A stretch of 64,000 bases of DNA from Macrostomum lignano (taxonomy: Eukaryota): NCBI GenBank assembly GCA_002269645.1, contig NIVC01002647.1, positions 89,147 to 153,146 of the forward strand. Direction: 5' to 3'. The position numbers and the translations under genes were made by a program. Positions 38,663 to 50,039 of this stretch are shown here, piece after piece; position 1 is the stretch's first letter; every line of letters begins with the position of its first letter. Below the pieces are notes generated by a model, which saw nothing but the letters and a program-made list of their open reading frames with translations, had not been told where the DNA came from and searched no databases.

Positions 38663-38730
38663 TATTTATAGGCTGGCGGGCCGAAAAACTGGACCTCTTC
38701 GAAGCACTCCCCTCGCGCGTGGGGCGGGGC
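38663..38730 (-). promoter_or_regulatory. Internal Pol II-type promoter candidate (GC box plus TATA) for the L1 accessory ORF
   Basis: GGGGCGGGGC at 38721-38730; TATAAATA on the minus strand at 38670-38663, 84 nt upstream of the ATG. Confidence 0.55.
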
Positions 38731-38979
38731 ATGCCAGATTTGACAGATTTGACAACTAAATTTTTATGGATTTTCTATTTCTTTTTATAACTTTTTTATT
38801 TTTTGATAGATTTTCTTGAGTAAAGTATCAAATTAAAGATCGCATTTTGTAGATTAATATGGTATTTACAGATTCGCTCTATGTACAGCATGTCAAATTT
38901 TATAAGCAGATAAGTAATTTTAATACGGAATTTTAACTATTTAACACTGTTTCTTATGGGAAATTGCTTACGTCATGAT

Positions 38980-39462
38980 TTAAGGTGCTAAATATTTCGC
39001 GTAGCGCCTTCGGGGCACAAATCCTGTCGCGCCTTCTCTTTCTCTCCTTCGCTGAGTCATCCTAAAGTTATACCTATTCTCTGGCTGAACTCGTTCCTCC
39101 TCTAACTCTAATGCTCCTTCTTCTTCTTCTGATGGCTCATCTGAGTCAGTCGCTCTCTCTGTATTCTCACTGTTCAATTCTTCATTTCCTTCGTTTTCAC
39201 TCTGCGAATTCGGATCTGCGAATACTCTCCATTGAATTCTGTTTTCTTCGTCTGAGCTTTCCTCCTCTAAAATTTGAACTTCTGGAATTCTATTTTCTTT
39301 TTGTCTATGGCAAATTCTTTTCTTCGGCTTCGGCTGTTCCTTCTTCTTAGTTGACACTGGTGCTGGTTTTAAATTATCATTATTAATTTCTTCTGGTAAA
39401 TCAATTTCGGATTTCGGCACTGGAGTCAGATTATTACTGTTTTTCTTCGAACAATTTTGCAA
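38980..39462 (-). CDS. Acidic low-complexity ORF, possibly a relic of a Gypsy pol C-terminal tail
   Basis: Open frame rich in E/S, ending YNFRMTQRRR..PRRRY as in integrase tails (inference); TTG start only. Confidence 0.35.
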   Translation of the reverse strand: MQNCSKKNSNNLTPVPKSEIDLPEEINNDNLKPAPVSTKKKEQPKPKKRICHRQKENRIPEVQILEEESSDEENRIQWRVFADPNSQSENEGNEELNSENTERATDSDEPSEEEEGALELEEERVQPENRYNFRMTQRRREREGATGFVPRRRYAKYLAP

Positions 39463-40269
39463 ATTCTCACAGCTTCTCTTCGAAATCTCATCTTCATTTC
39501 ATCTCATCTCAACTCAACAACTTCTCGACTCAATATCTCAACTCGACCCTGACCTCTCGAAAGCTTCTCTGCTGAACTCATGCCAGCTACAGCTCTACTG
39601 TCACGGGTCCTACAACTCTTAACAAATTCTCAAATCTCGAATCTCCTTCCGCTATCTCAGTTTGGCCTCGTCAGTAGAATCATAGAAATTCTGTATTAAT
39701 CTGCTCTTTAGGCCTTACTGCCCTTCCTTTCCTGCATGGCCTGACTCTCTGAACCTTTTTTGGCTCTTCTGAAAGCGTCATCGGCCTCTTCTTTCTGCCT
39801 TTGGCCAATCCGCAATTGGTCAGTATGCGTAGCTGTCCGCGCGTCATGCCAATCTCTGCAATCCAATCTTTTCGACAATTCTCTTCGCACAATTCTGCAC
39901 AGTTCTCTCAGCATCAACTTCTCGTCAACTTCTCTGAGTAAAATAATCTTCCTTCAATGTTTTCAGTCCGAAATTGCAGTTCCCTGGCTTTCCTAAATAA
40001 GTTTCTTAGTAAAACGGCCCTTTTAAGGTCAAACGGCCCTTTTAAGGGTCACCTTCCTAAAATTTAATTATTTTATTTCTTTTAGACAGCTTATTTAATC
40101 AGTTGCCTTGCAACATGCCAACAAAATACCTCTTAATCAAATGTTTTTGGGTTTTTCTGAATTTTTTATTCGTTTTTATATTTATGCATATATATTTGAA
40201 ACATATTTACAGATTTGCTTTACAGACACTTTTAATTTGCTGATTCGCTTGAGTTCGCTCACTTTCTGA

Positions 40270-40848
40270 TTATGGCGGCTTCTGCTGGGCGTACCGATTG
40301 AAGTTGATTCGGCACTGGTGTCCTGCTTGAGGCCTAATGGGTCCTGGCTGGTTGCAGAAGAAGCAGTGACCAGGTGTCGGCTCTGGCCTGATTCCACTGA
40401 ATCTGTTCAGGCGGCGCGGTCTTGGCACTGACTGCTGCTGCTGCCCTGTCTTTGGTTCTAGGCTAATGTTCGTTAGCACGAAGGTCAAGGTCATTAGACA
40501 CTCTACTAATGCATCAATTCCCTCTTTTCGGTTCTGCTGCTTCGGCTCAAATTCTTCGATTATTCGTCGCCTAATTTCCTGATACTGACTCTGCTCTTTT
40601 CTGTGACTGATTCGGCGTTTCAGTCCCTCTGGGATGTTTAGATTAGCAAAGAGAGCTTCCTTCTGTTTCTCGCCTGTAATCCCTTGGATTCTGCACTGCT
40701 GCTCAAACGTGTTCATCCACTGCCTAATGTTCTGACCAGGTGTGAACTTTTCTACTTGCACTTCAGCCTCCTTCGATCCTAACTTGAGATGTTTCCTCAG
40801 TTCCTCTGCCAGCATGGCGATGGCATCATTAGCCTGATTCTGATTCAT
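40270..40848 (-). CDS. Gag-like ORF of L1 (truncated or degenerate)
   Basis: Follows the PBS. VEKFTPGQNIRQWMNTFEQQCRIQGIT is a retrotransposon-gag-like N-terminus; a zinc-knuckle remnant CFFCNQPG is present. Confidence 0.65.
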   Translation of the reverse strand: MNQNQANDAIAMLAEELRKHLKLGSKEAEVQVEKFTPGQNIRQWMNTFEQQCRIQGITGEKQKEALFANLNIPEGLKRRISHRKEQSQYQEIRRRIIEEFEPKQQNRKEGIDALVECLMTLTFVLTNISLEPKTGQQQQSVPRPRRLNRFSGIRPEPTPGHCFFCNQPGPIRPQAGHQCRINFNRYAQQKPP

Positions 40849-40929
40849 CTTTTCTCTACGAAAAACTTTTCAAATTATTCTTCGGAATTCTTCTGAATCT
40901 AGCTTTAAGAGTTCGCGCCGTTTCTCTAA

Positions 40930-40947
40930 TCCTTATCGCTGCCACCA
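40930..40947 (-). other. Primer-binding site of L1 (tRNA-Leu-like)
   Basis: TGGTGGCAGCG 2 nt after the 5' LTR, complementary to the recalled tRNA-Leu 3' end (..CCGCTGCCACCA). Confidence 0.8.
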
Positions 40948-40949
40948 GC

Positions 40950-41705
40950 TGTGACAGGCCTTTTGGCTCTGTCTTTCTAAACTTCTAACTATTAGTGTTT
41001 ATTAAATATCCTACGAGCTGCCACCAAAGTTGTTACAGGCCTTTCACTTCTTACTTTATCAATTTTAATCCCACCGATTTGCCAACTACAGTTATCCTGA
41101 TTATACTTGCTTTTACTCCCTAACTATTTCTTAGAATTTCATTTAAATATTTCTGGGTAGCGTTCTTAGTAGCGTTCTTAGTAGCGTTTCTGGTAGCTTA
41201 TGGCTTGCTTTCTGGTAGCGTTCTAGTAGCTTATGGCCTGAGCGGTCTAGTACTGGTATATGTATTAGTGTATAGTCCTAATCGGGCGTTCACCGAGACT
41301 AGAGGGTCACGGCGCCTCTCTTGGTATATCTCCAAGAATTAGTCCCAATTCCCTTCTCTTAGCAAATTTCTTAGAATCGTTTCACAGGTTTTGCAAATAA
41401 ATAAGTCGCTATTTAGCTCAAAGACTTTGAAATGGTTTAGATTGAACTGCTTATTCTGTTCGCAATTATTTGCTTACGAGTATAAGACAGTTAGAGTATA
41501 TTTGTCGCGAAACCGCTCCTATATATAGTGATTTTCCCCACATACGATTAAAACAAAAAAATAATTCTCCAATTTATTTCGCGCATTAAAACAAACTATT
41601 ATTTGGCGTTCGCGTAGATTCAGTTTCTAAGAAAGATTCGAATATACAGTTATTACATTGAAAGAACATTCGAGTATACTATGATAAAGGCATAGCACTA
41701 GTACA
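40950..41705 (-). repeat. 5' LTR of L1 (756 bp)
   Basis: Differs from the 3' LTR by an 11-bp tandem unit and at least one substitution. Confidence 0.95.
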
Positions 41706-41884
41706 TAAGTTAAGTTCAAAATAAACAATAATAAAACAAAATGTTAGTTTTAATTTCTTTTCTAAATAATATATTAATGTTTTGATAGAATTTTTTAAAT
41801 ATACAAATATCCCTATTAGGACAAGTGATATTTTCGTAGATAGTGTCTAGTATACTTTGAAAAGTATTAATGCACTTAGTATAT

Positions 41885-42944
41885 TGAGGTGGGGGTGGAA
41901 AAAAAGTTTTCTTGGAACGGTTGGTTTTGAAGTTTGCTGACATCAGTGAGGTAGAGTGGATTCCATGTTTGGATTGCCACTGACGTTGAGTTTGCACAAA
42001 TAAAACCGGAAAAATCGCGCAGTTGAATCTCAATGGGAAAACTTTCTCCTTTTACTCCAACTGCCAGGTTCTCAAGTCCAGGGAAAGGGTAGTCGTAATC
42101 CTAGCAGAGCGTTTGTGTAGCAGCCCAGTCGTTCAAAGCAATAAAACACCAGAGAATTTTGACACTGTAAACTAATGCGTTGAGTTGCTGAGTTTGTTAC
42201 CTTCAGTAGGGTAGTTGCTGCTACCACCATAATTTATGTATTATAGAACGAATAAGTCTCAGAGCTTTCTTTGAGATGAGAACTTTAGTTATTTTATGCC
42301 CCACGGGCAAATGACTCAATAAGATACTATGGCTTATAGATCAATGAATAAATATGGATTCAAAGTTTATTAAGTGTTGTTACTTATTTATTGATGAGCA
42401 GGCTAAAATTCTTTGATGTTATTTTTGGACAAAGATTAAATTTGCAGGCGGCACCTAGGTGCTAAATGAAATAGAAATTAGATACGCTGAGTTTTAAGGA
42501 GCCAAACAGGCAAAAAATGGCAAAAGATGGAAACAATGAAAAGAAAAAAAAGAAAAGAACAGGAAGGGATGAACATTTCATGAAAATAGAAGGGGTTTAT
42601 ATAGCAGAGAAAACAGGTCCACATATAGGAGCATCTAGTGGACAAAACATTAGACATACACAGTTTACAAATTGGGTCGCATGCAAAAACCATTGGGAGA
42701 AACGTGTTTCAACAAAACTTCCAGCACAAGGGCATGCATGTGCACTGCATGGACTAACTGTTGGAAAAACCGTCCAACATTGCCATATACAAAGTCCCAT
42801 ACAAAAGTCCCATATTGCCACATACAAAGTCCAAACCAAAGAAAATAAAATTTAATTTTTGTGCACTGCGCGGACAGTCTTAGTGGAAACAGTTTTAGTT
42901 AGTCATCAATACTTGTTCAATCAAAGTGGCATCCGCCTGTCACA
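41885..42944 (-). repeat. 3' LTR of L2 (1060 bp)
   Basis: Homologous to 61446-62455, with many transitions and a ~50-bp indel. Confidence 0.92.
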
Positions 42945-43583
42945 TGCATGAGGTGGCAGAGAGAATGATAAGAAACTCAGCAGCAGCCACCGGCCTCGGG
43001 CAGCAGAAATGCAGCCTCTGCAGTTGGCCGGGCAAGAGGCGTGGCTGGCTCCGTCAGGCTGAGTTGGTGGGTCGGGTTGCTTGTTTGTGGCTACAAGGCC
43101 AGTGCTCAAGGGCCAGCCATAAATGTGGACCTGGCTGTCCACGATGCTCAAGCATTCTAGATATTTGTCCAGGGCTGCATTCCAATATGCTTTTAAACGG
43201 GGCAGCCACCCATTCCGCAGCAGGCCTGCCTCCATATAAGCGAGGGTAAGCAGCATGGCCAGGGCTAGCCGGGCTCTAGCCGGTCCTTCATGTAGGCCCT
43301 CCTTGGCGAGGGCAAGCTGTTGATCTAGGATGGCCTTGGTGATCTCGGGTGGCATCATACCGCAGAAGAAATGCCACTGTACATCAATTTGGATTCAGCC
43401 CTTTCGGGTGGCCTGGCGCACGGCCTCTTCTATAGCTTGCTGGAGGCATACACGGGCAGGGGCTTCACCGGTGGCCGTGGCGGTAAGGGCGCGCATGGTG
43501 ATGACTTCCTCCAGGTGCAACCATGGCGCTCAGGCGAGAGTGGCGCTCATGTCAGGGGCTCGACTGCGCACAGAAGGTTCCAT
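42921..43583 (-). pseudogene. Accessory ORF of L2 in the env position, two in-frame TGA stops
   Basis: ATG at 43583 is in frame with the 43358 ORF. TGA at 43530-32 and 43395-97. TATATAAA at 43775-43768 upstream. Confidence 0.5.
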
Positions 43584-44028
43584 GGCGTTGGTCAATAGTT
43601 GGACAGAAAATAAATAAATAGAATAAATAAATAAATAGATATGTACAAAGATATTCACAGGAATAAGTCAGAGGGGTCACAGCTGCTAAATAAAAATTTG
43701 CCAATTAGGATTTACGATAATCGCAGGGAAAATTTACAGTATGCAATGAACAGAGCCACTTGGCTGCTTTATATACTTGGAAAAGCTGCCCAATCGATGA
43801 ATAAAGGAGATTCACGCGCTGGAACAAGGCACCAGTCACCGCCCCTCATGCACTCTATGGCGGACGCACATGGAGGTGGGGTGGGTGACCAATGGAGGAA
43901 TAATAAAACAGATAGCTAGCCGCGGCAGAGGGGCTAACTTAGAATGAAATGAGGCGCCTTAAACGGCTCACATAAAATGAAGAGGGCAGTTAAGAAAGGC
44001 TGGTTAATGCATAAACAATAGCTAAAAT

Positions 44029-47000
44029 GGGTCATTCCAGATAAGGACGGTCGTAACATGTCACTGTATTTGGTCATATTTTTTCTAATAGGCGAAAGTA
44101 TTTGAAACAAAAAACATGTGGTCTTGAAAGCACTTCGTATGGTCTTTCTTTTGCAAAAACAGTTGGCACAAATTGTTGTTTTATTAGGAGAATAATTAAC
44201 AAAACATTCACATCCCGGTCGTAACCAGTGAAAAACGTAGATCACGTTTTTAAAAAGTAAACTAAAAGTTTACTCAACATATTCATTGGAACCACAAGCG
44301 AGTGACAAAAATATGCTACAAAGAAATGAAACAACAGGTAAGCAATGTGATTCGCTTCTATTTTAGTACTTTTGATAGTTTAAAGTCAGTTTGTTAAAAT
44401 CCCGGTCGTAACATCCCGGTCGTAACACTTTTGTCTCCCCGCAGTCACACTCGGGAATTATCAACAAAGTGGCGGTGAGTCAAGTAATATCGTTCTTTTC
44501 TTGAAAGGTACATGTCTTATGATCGTTTGAAATGATAGTTAAACATTTGGTAAAAACTATTAAAACTTGTTTTGGACTTCAAGGTCAACGATAGCATTTT
44601 TTCAACATCTTTTATGACCTACAAAGTGACATTGAGTTTGATGGTACCCAAACACGCTAGATTTTGCATGCACTATTATAACACTGACAAATTAAATTTT
44701 CCCATTTCAGATCAGCAAAAACGTCGAAGTAAAAGCAGTAAAGTGAACACAATAAACATGGATGCAGAACCTGGAACCCAGAAAAGTAACATCCGGGTTC
44801 CAGGTTCTGCATCCATGTTTATTGTGTGGCAGTTGCTGTTGTTGCCCATCACTCAAAGTTGAATTTGAAGTGGCCACGGGCATCCAAGGGCACAGGGGGA
44901 TCCAACAGCTTCTGGATGTCAGCCAGTGGGTAGTAAATACAGTCCTTGGACTTTGGCCAGGCGTAGTTCGTGTTGCCGCTTTTCACCATCACATTCACTT
45001 TGTATTCAAACACCCCCTCAGTGTCGTCCAGCTGCCGGATCTTCACAACCTGGCCAGGGAAAACCTCGCCCTCATAGTCGACCAGGACCCACCGGCCCAC
45101 AGCTAGCTCAGCTGCGATGGGGTCAAGACTGGCACTTGGAGCCTCAGCGGACTCTTGGCTCATGCCAGTGAGCAGCCTGCCTGCTGGAACCGGAGTACTG
45201 GCAGCTGCAGGGACCCAGGAAGGCCTTGGCGGCGGAGCACTTGAGACTGGCGCTCGCACAGCAACTTCACTGTCAGTGTCCAGGCACCAGAAGTGGTCAC
45301 GCTGGATGCCCTTGACCTGTTTTAATTGAGATAAATATATATATATATTTATAGTATTTTGTTTTCTGCGTTGTACACATGTACTTTATTTCATTTTCAA
45401 AGATGGGCTGTGATTTCAATGTTCTTAGTTTTTTCTGTTTTATAAATAATTGCCGCATGCACTTAAGTTTATTTTCTTCTTGAGTGCGCCTAAGTAAAAA
45501 AATACAATTTAATCAATGCTGACATTACCGCAGGTGCATCCAGGAGCTGAGACTCGAGGCTGGAGAACTGAGCCTGGATCGTCTCGCTGGCAATGAGCAC
45601 AGTCTCAATGCTGCTGTCCTTCACAGCGTGAACGAAGTCCTGCGCGCTGTGAATGAAGAGCTGACGGGCCTTCACCTTGGTCCAGGCCAGCCGCTTCAGA
45701 ACGCCACCGACGCCGTCAATGGCGCCCTTGCCATGGAAAGTGGCAAAAAAATTCCACGTGATGCGCTTGACGCCCGGGTTCTCGGTCAGGAGGATGGCCA
45801 GCAGCTTCATCATGAAACGGTTCTTGAACTGTGAAGCTGGGCCATCACTCCAGAAGTGGACCACCTTGGGCTGCCAAGACTCACAGAACTTCTGGGAAGG
45901 AAAAGCAAGGGAGAAAGGGATGGGGATTGAGACAGAGAGACAGAGAGAGAGAGAGAATGGACTGGGACAAATGGAATTCCTGTAAAAAGTACATAACTAT
46001 GCCTTACCTGCATCAGGTGCCGCAGGAAAGTTGAAATGGCCTCCTTGGAATGATGAAGGTGGTCGCTGACGATGGCCATCATCTTGCTGCCACCTGGCCA
46101 GTAAGCAGCAACAGTGAAAAGTGTTACCTGCGCCTGATTCCAGTAGGCGCTTTGGGCCATGTCCTGCTGGGAGCACGTGTAATTCTCGCTGAAATCGAAG
46201 TGCAGCAGGAGCTCTCCGTCGGCCAGCGCGTCCTTCTGGTTGCGAAAGAAGCTGGCCTGCACCTGCTTCGTCTGGTGGTGAAGGACGAAAGCAGGCAGCT
46301 GCTCAACCAGCATCTTGAACGTGTCGGCCACGGTGAGCTGCACTGGCTGCTGCTGCACGCGGCCGTCCGCCCCGAAATCCCACTGGTGAAAGCGGACCAC
46401 GTGCTCCTTCTCCTCATCAGTTGGTGACACCAGGCGGTGGTTGTCACCTGAAGCACAGCGCTGGCATTGGCCATTGTTGCAATCCAGAGTCGCCGGGTTG
46501 CAGAGGATGAATTCGCCTACCCAGCGCGACGAGTAGGACGGCATGCCAGTGGCACCAGCCAGGGCACTGCAGAGACTGTTTTAATAGAATAATTTGAAAT
46601 GGGTGGCAGTTTGTTAAGAAGTAATATTTAAGTATATGTAACTTAGTACATCTGTCATAATTATGTCGAACTACCTTTTGAAGTTCTCGTGCAGCTTGCA
46701 GCAGCAGGCCTCCAGCGGTGTCTTGGAAAATGTCAGGATGTGACGTGGCCGCAGCTCGCAAAACTTCGACAGCGAGAGCTTGTGCTCTACATGCTCGTGG
46801 ATGAACAGGTGGTGCAGCTCCTTCATGCCGGCCACCAGGTAGCGCTTCTGGATCTGCTGACCATTGACTTTGACGTACTCCTTCCGCCCAGGAGTCCAGC
46901 GGGAAACGTCTTCGCGATCAAAAAAGGCAGCCACAGCATCGATGGTCTCGAATGGAATCCGCTCCCGGGAGATCTTCGGGGGTCAACCAGCTGCACGCCA

Positions 47001-48134
47001 AGGTTTTTGGCGAGCTGGCGAACGACTACGCGCTGGTGATCTAGTGATCTTGGCAGACCCTTCCAGGCGCTAGAGTGAAAGAAAGAAAGGGGAATGTTCT
47101 ACAAAAAACATCTAGATACACATGTCACACATTGTTACAACCTACAAACATAACTACCTAAAGGTGTCAAATTCAAATGCCAACTTACCGGTTCACAGCA
47201 CGATTGAGTGTTTTGCTGCTGCTGTAGGTGGTGCTCTCAAGTGACTCAGCCTCCTGCTGCTGCTGTTCCACCAGTTCACGCCGCCTCTGCCGCATGGCTT
47301 GCATCCGAGCTAGAGCTTGCTTCCGCTGCTTCTCAATCTTTGCAGGGTCCTTCTTCGCCTCACTCCTCCTATCCCGACTCCTCTTCTTCTCCTTCTCACG
47401 CAACTCGTCTCCCTTCCGAATCCTATAATCACGCTTGACTTCTTTTGATGGCTTTACCATAATGAATTCAAGTTAGAAAGTCACTTGGCTGTAAGAAAAA
47501 TAACACACGGTCAGTATTTTGAATGAGGGAATAAAAATCAACATGAAAAAACAAATGGTATCATTGTGTTACGACCATGTTACGACCAGGATATCCCGGT
47601 CGTAACCTAACTTTACACATAAAATAGAGTACAAAATGCATATCGAACTGTGTCAATACTTCTGTATCACACCAATATACATGTGTTTCAAATGAAAACC
47701 ATTCCCGATGTTAATTTTTTCAAAGAGACAGTCACCAAAAAAACTTTTCAACTTTCTATATCCCGGTCGTAACACATGAATTACATCACAATAAACTGTT
47801 TCATACTATCTTTCAAGCTATGTTTAAACTGCTAAAAACGTTTTTTTTTACTTTCATATACTGAAACATTAGTTATATGCCAGAAAACGACTTCTATAGT
47901 TAGTAACTATTAAATTGCAAAGCTTAAAACTTTATACCTATCAGCGTACCTATTCAGAATGTATGCATTACATAGACTTTGGAGTAGAAAAAAAGGAACA
48001 AAAATGCCATATCTTCATTAAAGTTCAATAAAAACATAAAATATAGACTCTCACTAAGCACTTTAAGCAAAGTTGGTGCTTCTACATCAGTTTTAATTTT
48101 TTTCCCATTGTGTCCTTTTCTCGTGGAATGACCC
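44029..48134 (-). mobile_element. Sola2-like DNA transposon A (4106 bp), nested in L2
   Basis: 11-bp TIR GGGTCATTCCA / TGGAATGACCC; AAT on both flanks; subterminal GGTCGTAAC repeats; encodes a transposase. Confidence 0.8.
44849..47460 (-). CDS. Spliced Sola2-like transposase (~688 aa, one 1-nt frameshift at 46978-46982)
   Basis: Exons 47460-47189, 47069-46675, 46575-46008, 45891-45529, 45316-44849, all GT-AG. Motifs HFDFSENY, WSDGPASQFKN, HGKGAIDGVGGVLKR. C-terminal Tudor-like domain. Confidence 0.78.
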
Positions 48135-48582
48135 AATAATATAAAATAGTAAGGGAGCAAAGGCAGGCTCTTTACTATTGATAATGTTAGAATAAAGTAG
48201 GTTAGCTACCGATATGGCATGCAGAGGCTCCATAGGGAGTTACAATGAAACAGGGGCTACCTTGCGCTAGGGGAAGGGAGCCAAAACTGGCAGGCCCTTG
48301 CAAAGTTCCCAGGCTCGAGCAAAATCAAACAAAGAGCATGGGTCGAGTCACCTCAAATGCCCTCCACTGAAAGACAAGGCCTGGATCCGGGGTGCTTGAC
48401 CTGAATGAAGCACAGACAAAATTGGCCCTTACACAGCGGGCTCACAAAAGCAGAAAAAAAGGGGACCTTCCGCTTTAATTGAACTAGAAGGTTTATAAAA
48501 ATTAACTGCTTTTCTCCCGAAAGCATAAGGAAAAGAGAGGATTACTTCCACACTTTGACCGTGTGCATAGAAGTTTTTAATA

Positions 48583-49900
48583 CGAGGGGTGATCAAAAAT
48601 TTCTGCAAGTGACCTCACAACTCAGTGCTACAGCAGCCGAGGCGTCTAATCGGAGTCACATTCCCTCAAAGTACTTTCCACCACTATCCATGCACTGTTG
48701 CATGCGTGCGCACCATGTCTGAAAGCAGTCATGGTACTCCGAAGTTGGTATACCCTGTAGAGCTGAATGTACCGCTTGGGCAAGGTCTTGCATGCGTGAA
48801 AGTGGCCTCCCAGAAATGACGGATTTGATCCTTGGGAACAGCCAAAAGTCGCACGATGCTAGGTCTAGAGAGTAGGGTGGATGGGGCAGCAGCCAGACCC
48901 CCTGCTGCTCCAGGTATGCCATGGTTGAGGCCACTCTGTGCGGTGCCGCATTGTCATGGTGCAGCAGGAGTCGAGGTCCATGCCTGGTTCGCACACGTTC
49001 CTGCCGCTCCTGCAGCACGCCTGGCAGAACAGTGTCTGTGTAGTACCTGGAAGTCACTGTGGCACCCGCTGGAAGGAAGTTTACCGATAGAACACCCTGA
49101 GAGTTGAAAAAATGGTGAACATCCACTTCCAACTACGGAATCCGGTCTTCAGCACCTCAGGCCTTGGCTCATCTTCTGCCAGCCAGACCATGTTGGACTG
49201 CTTATCCTTCATGGTAAAAGAAGGAGATCCAACATTCGTCTCCTGTGATGACATCCGACAGTCGTCGTGGGCCGTGGGGCTCAAACATGTGCACCTATAA
49301 GCAACAGATGTGCACCCTCTCTGCTTGCTGCTCCGGAGTGAGAAGATGGGGTACCCACCGAGCGCAGGTCTTTGTGCGGCCTAGTTGCTCATGCATGATG
49401 TTATGAGCACTTCTATAGCTGACACCAAGCTCATAGGCAAGGAATCTCAGCATAATGCTCCAATCCTCACGAATTATTGCATCGGCATGGGCCACGACAT
49501 CTTCGGTCACGGATGTCCAGGGTCGGCCAGACCTCGGTTCATCGTTGAAGCTGTCCCAGCCTTCCAAGAAATGGCGCAGCCAGCGGGCAACCATGTCAAA
49601 TGATGGAGCAGAGTCAGCTAAAACATTCACCAGATCGGTGTGAATCTCAGTCCCTTTGCAACCAAGTTGCATGCGCATAAAGATATAGAAGCGAACACTG
49701 TCTTTTGATGGTTCCATCAGCTACTGAAAACACATGGAAAATATATGTCTGTGAAATTTTACTGGAGCACATTTGGAAGCCAAAAATGCATATAAATATA
49801 GCTAACAGATATAGCCGCATATGTGTAAGTTTTTGGCTTTTCCCGATTTTATAACTAAAAGCTATAACAAAAGGTTGCAGAACTTTTTGATCAACCCTCG
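48583..49900 (-). mobile_element. Mariner (DD34D) element, 1318 bp, defective
   Basis: 26-bp TIRs CGAGGG[G/T]TGATCAAAAA[T/G]TTCTGCAA with 2 mismatches; TA TSD on both sides. Confidence 0.93.
48656..49717 (-). pseudogene. Mariner transposase pseudogene
   Basis: Motifs WVPHLL, TGDECWI, HHDNAAPH, YSLDLASCDFWLF; stop near 49295 and frameshift near 49216. Confidence 0.9.
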
Positions 49901-50039
49901 TAAATGGGGATTTGCAAAATTAGATAAAAACGCAAAGTACTATATCGCATTGATTAAATATTGATGTGTTGAATAAATATCAGTCGCATTGATTAAATGG
50001 AAATTTCACTGTACATGAGAACTGAAAGGTTCAACATTC

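Larger units (their letters stand above)
36674..41705 (-). mobile_element. Non-autonomous Ty3/Gypsy-type LTR retroelement (element L1), 5032 bp
   Basis: Paired LTRs TG..CA; 4-bp TSD TAAG (36670-73, 41706-09); PBS, PPT and gag-like ORF present; no RT/RNaseH/INT motifs found. Confidence 0.92.
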
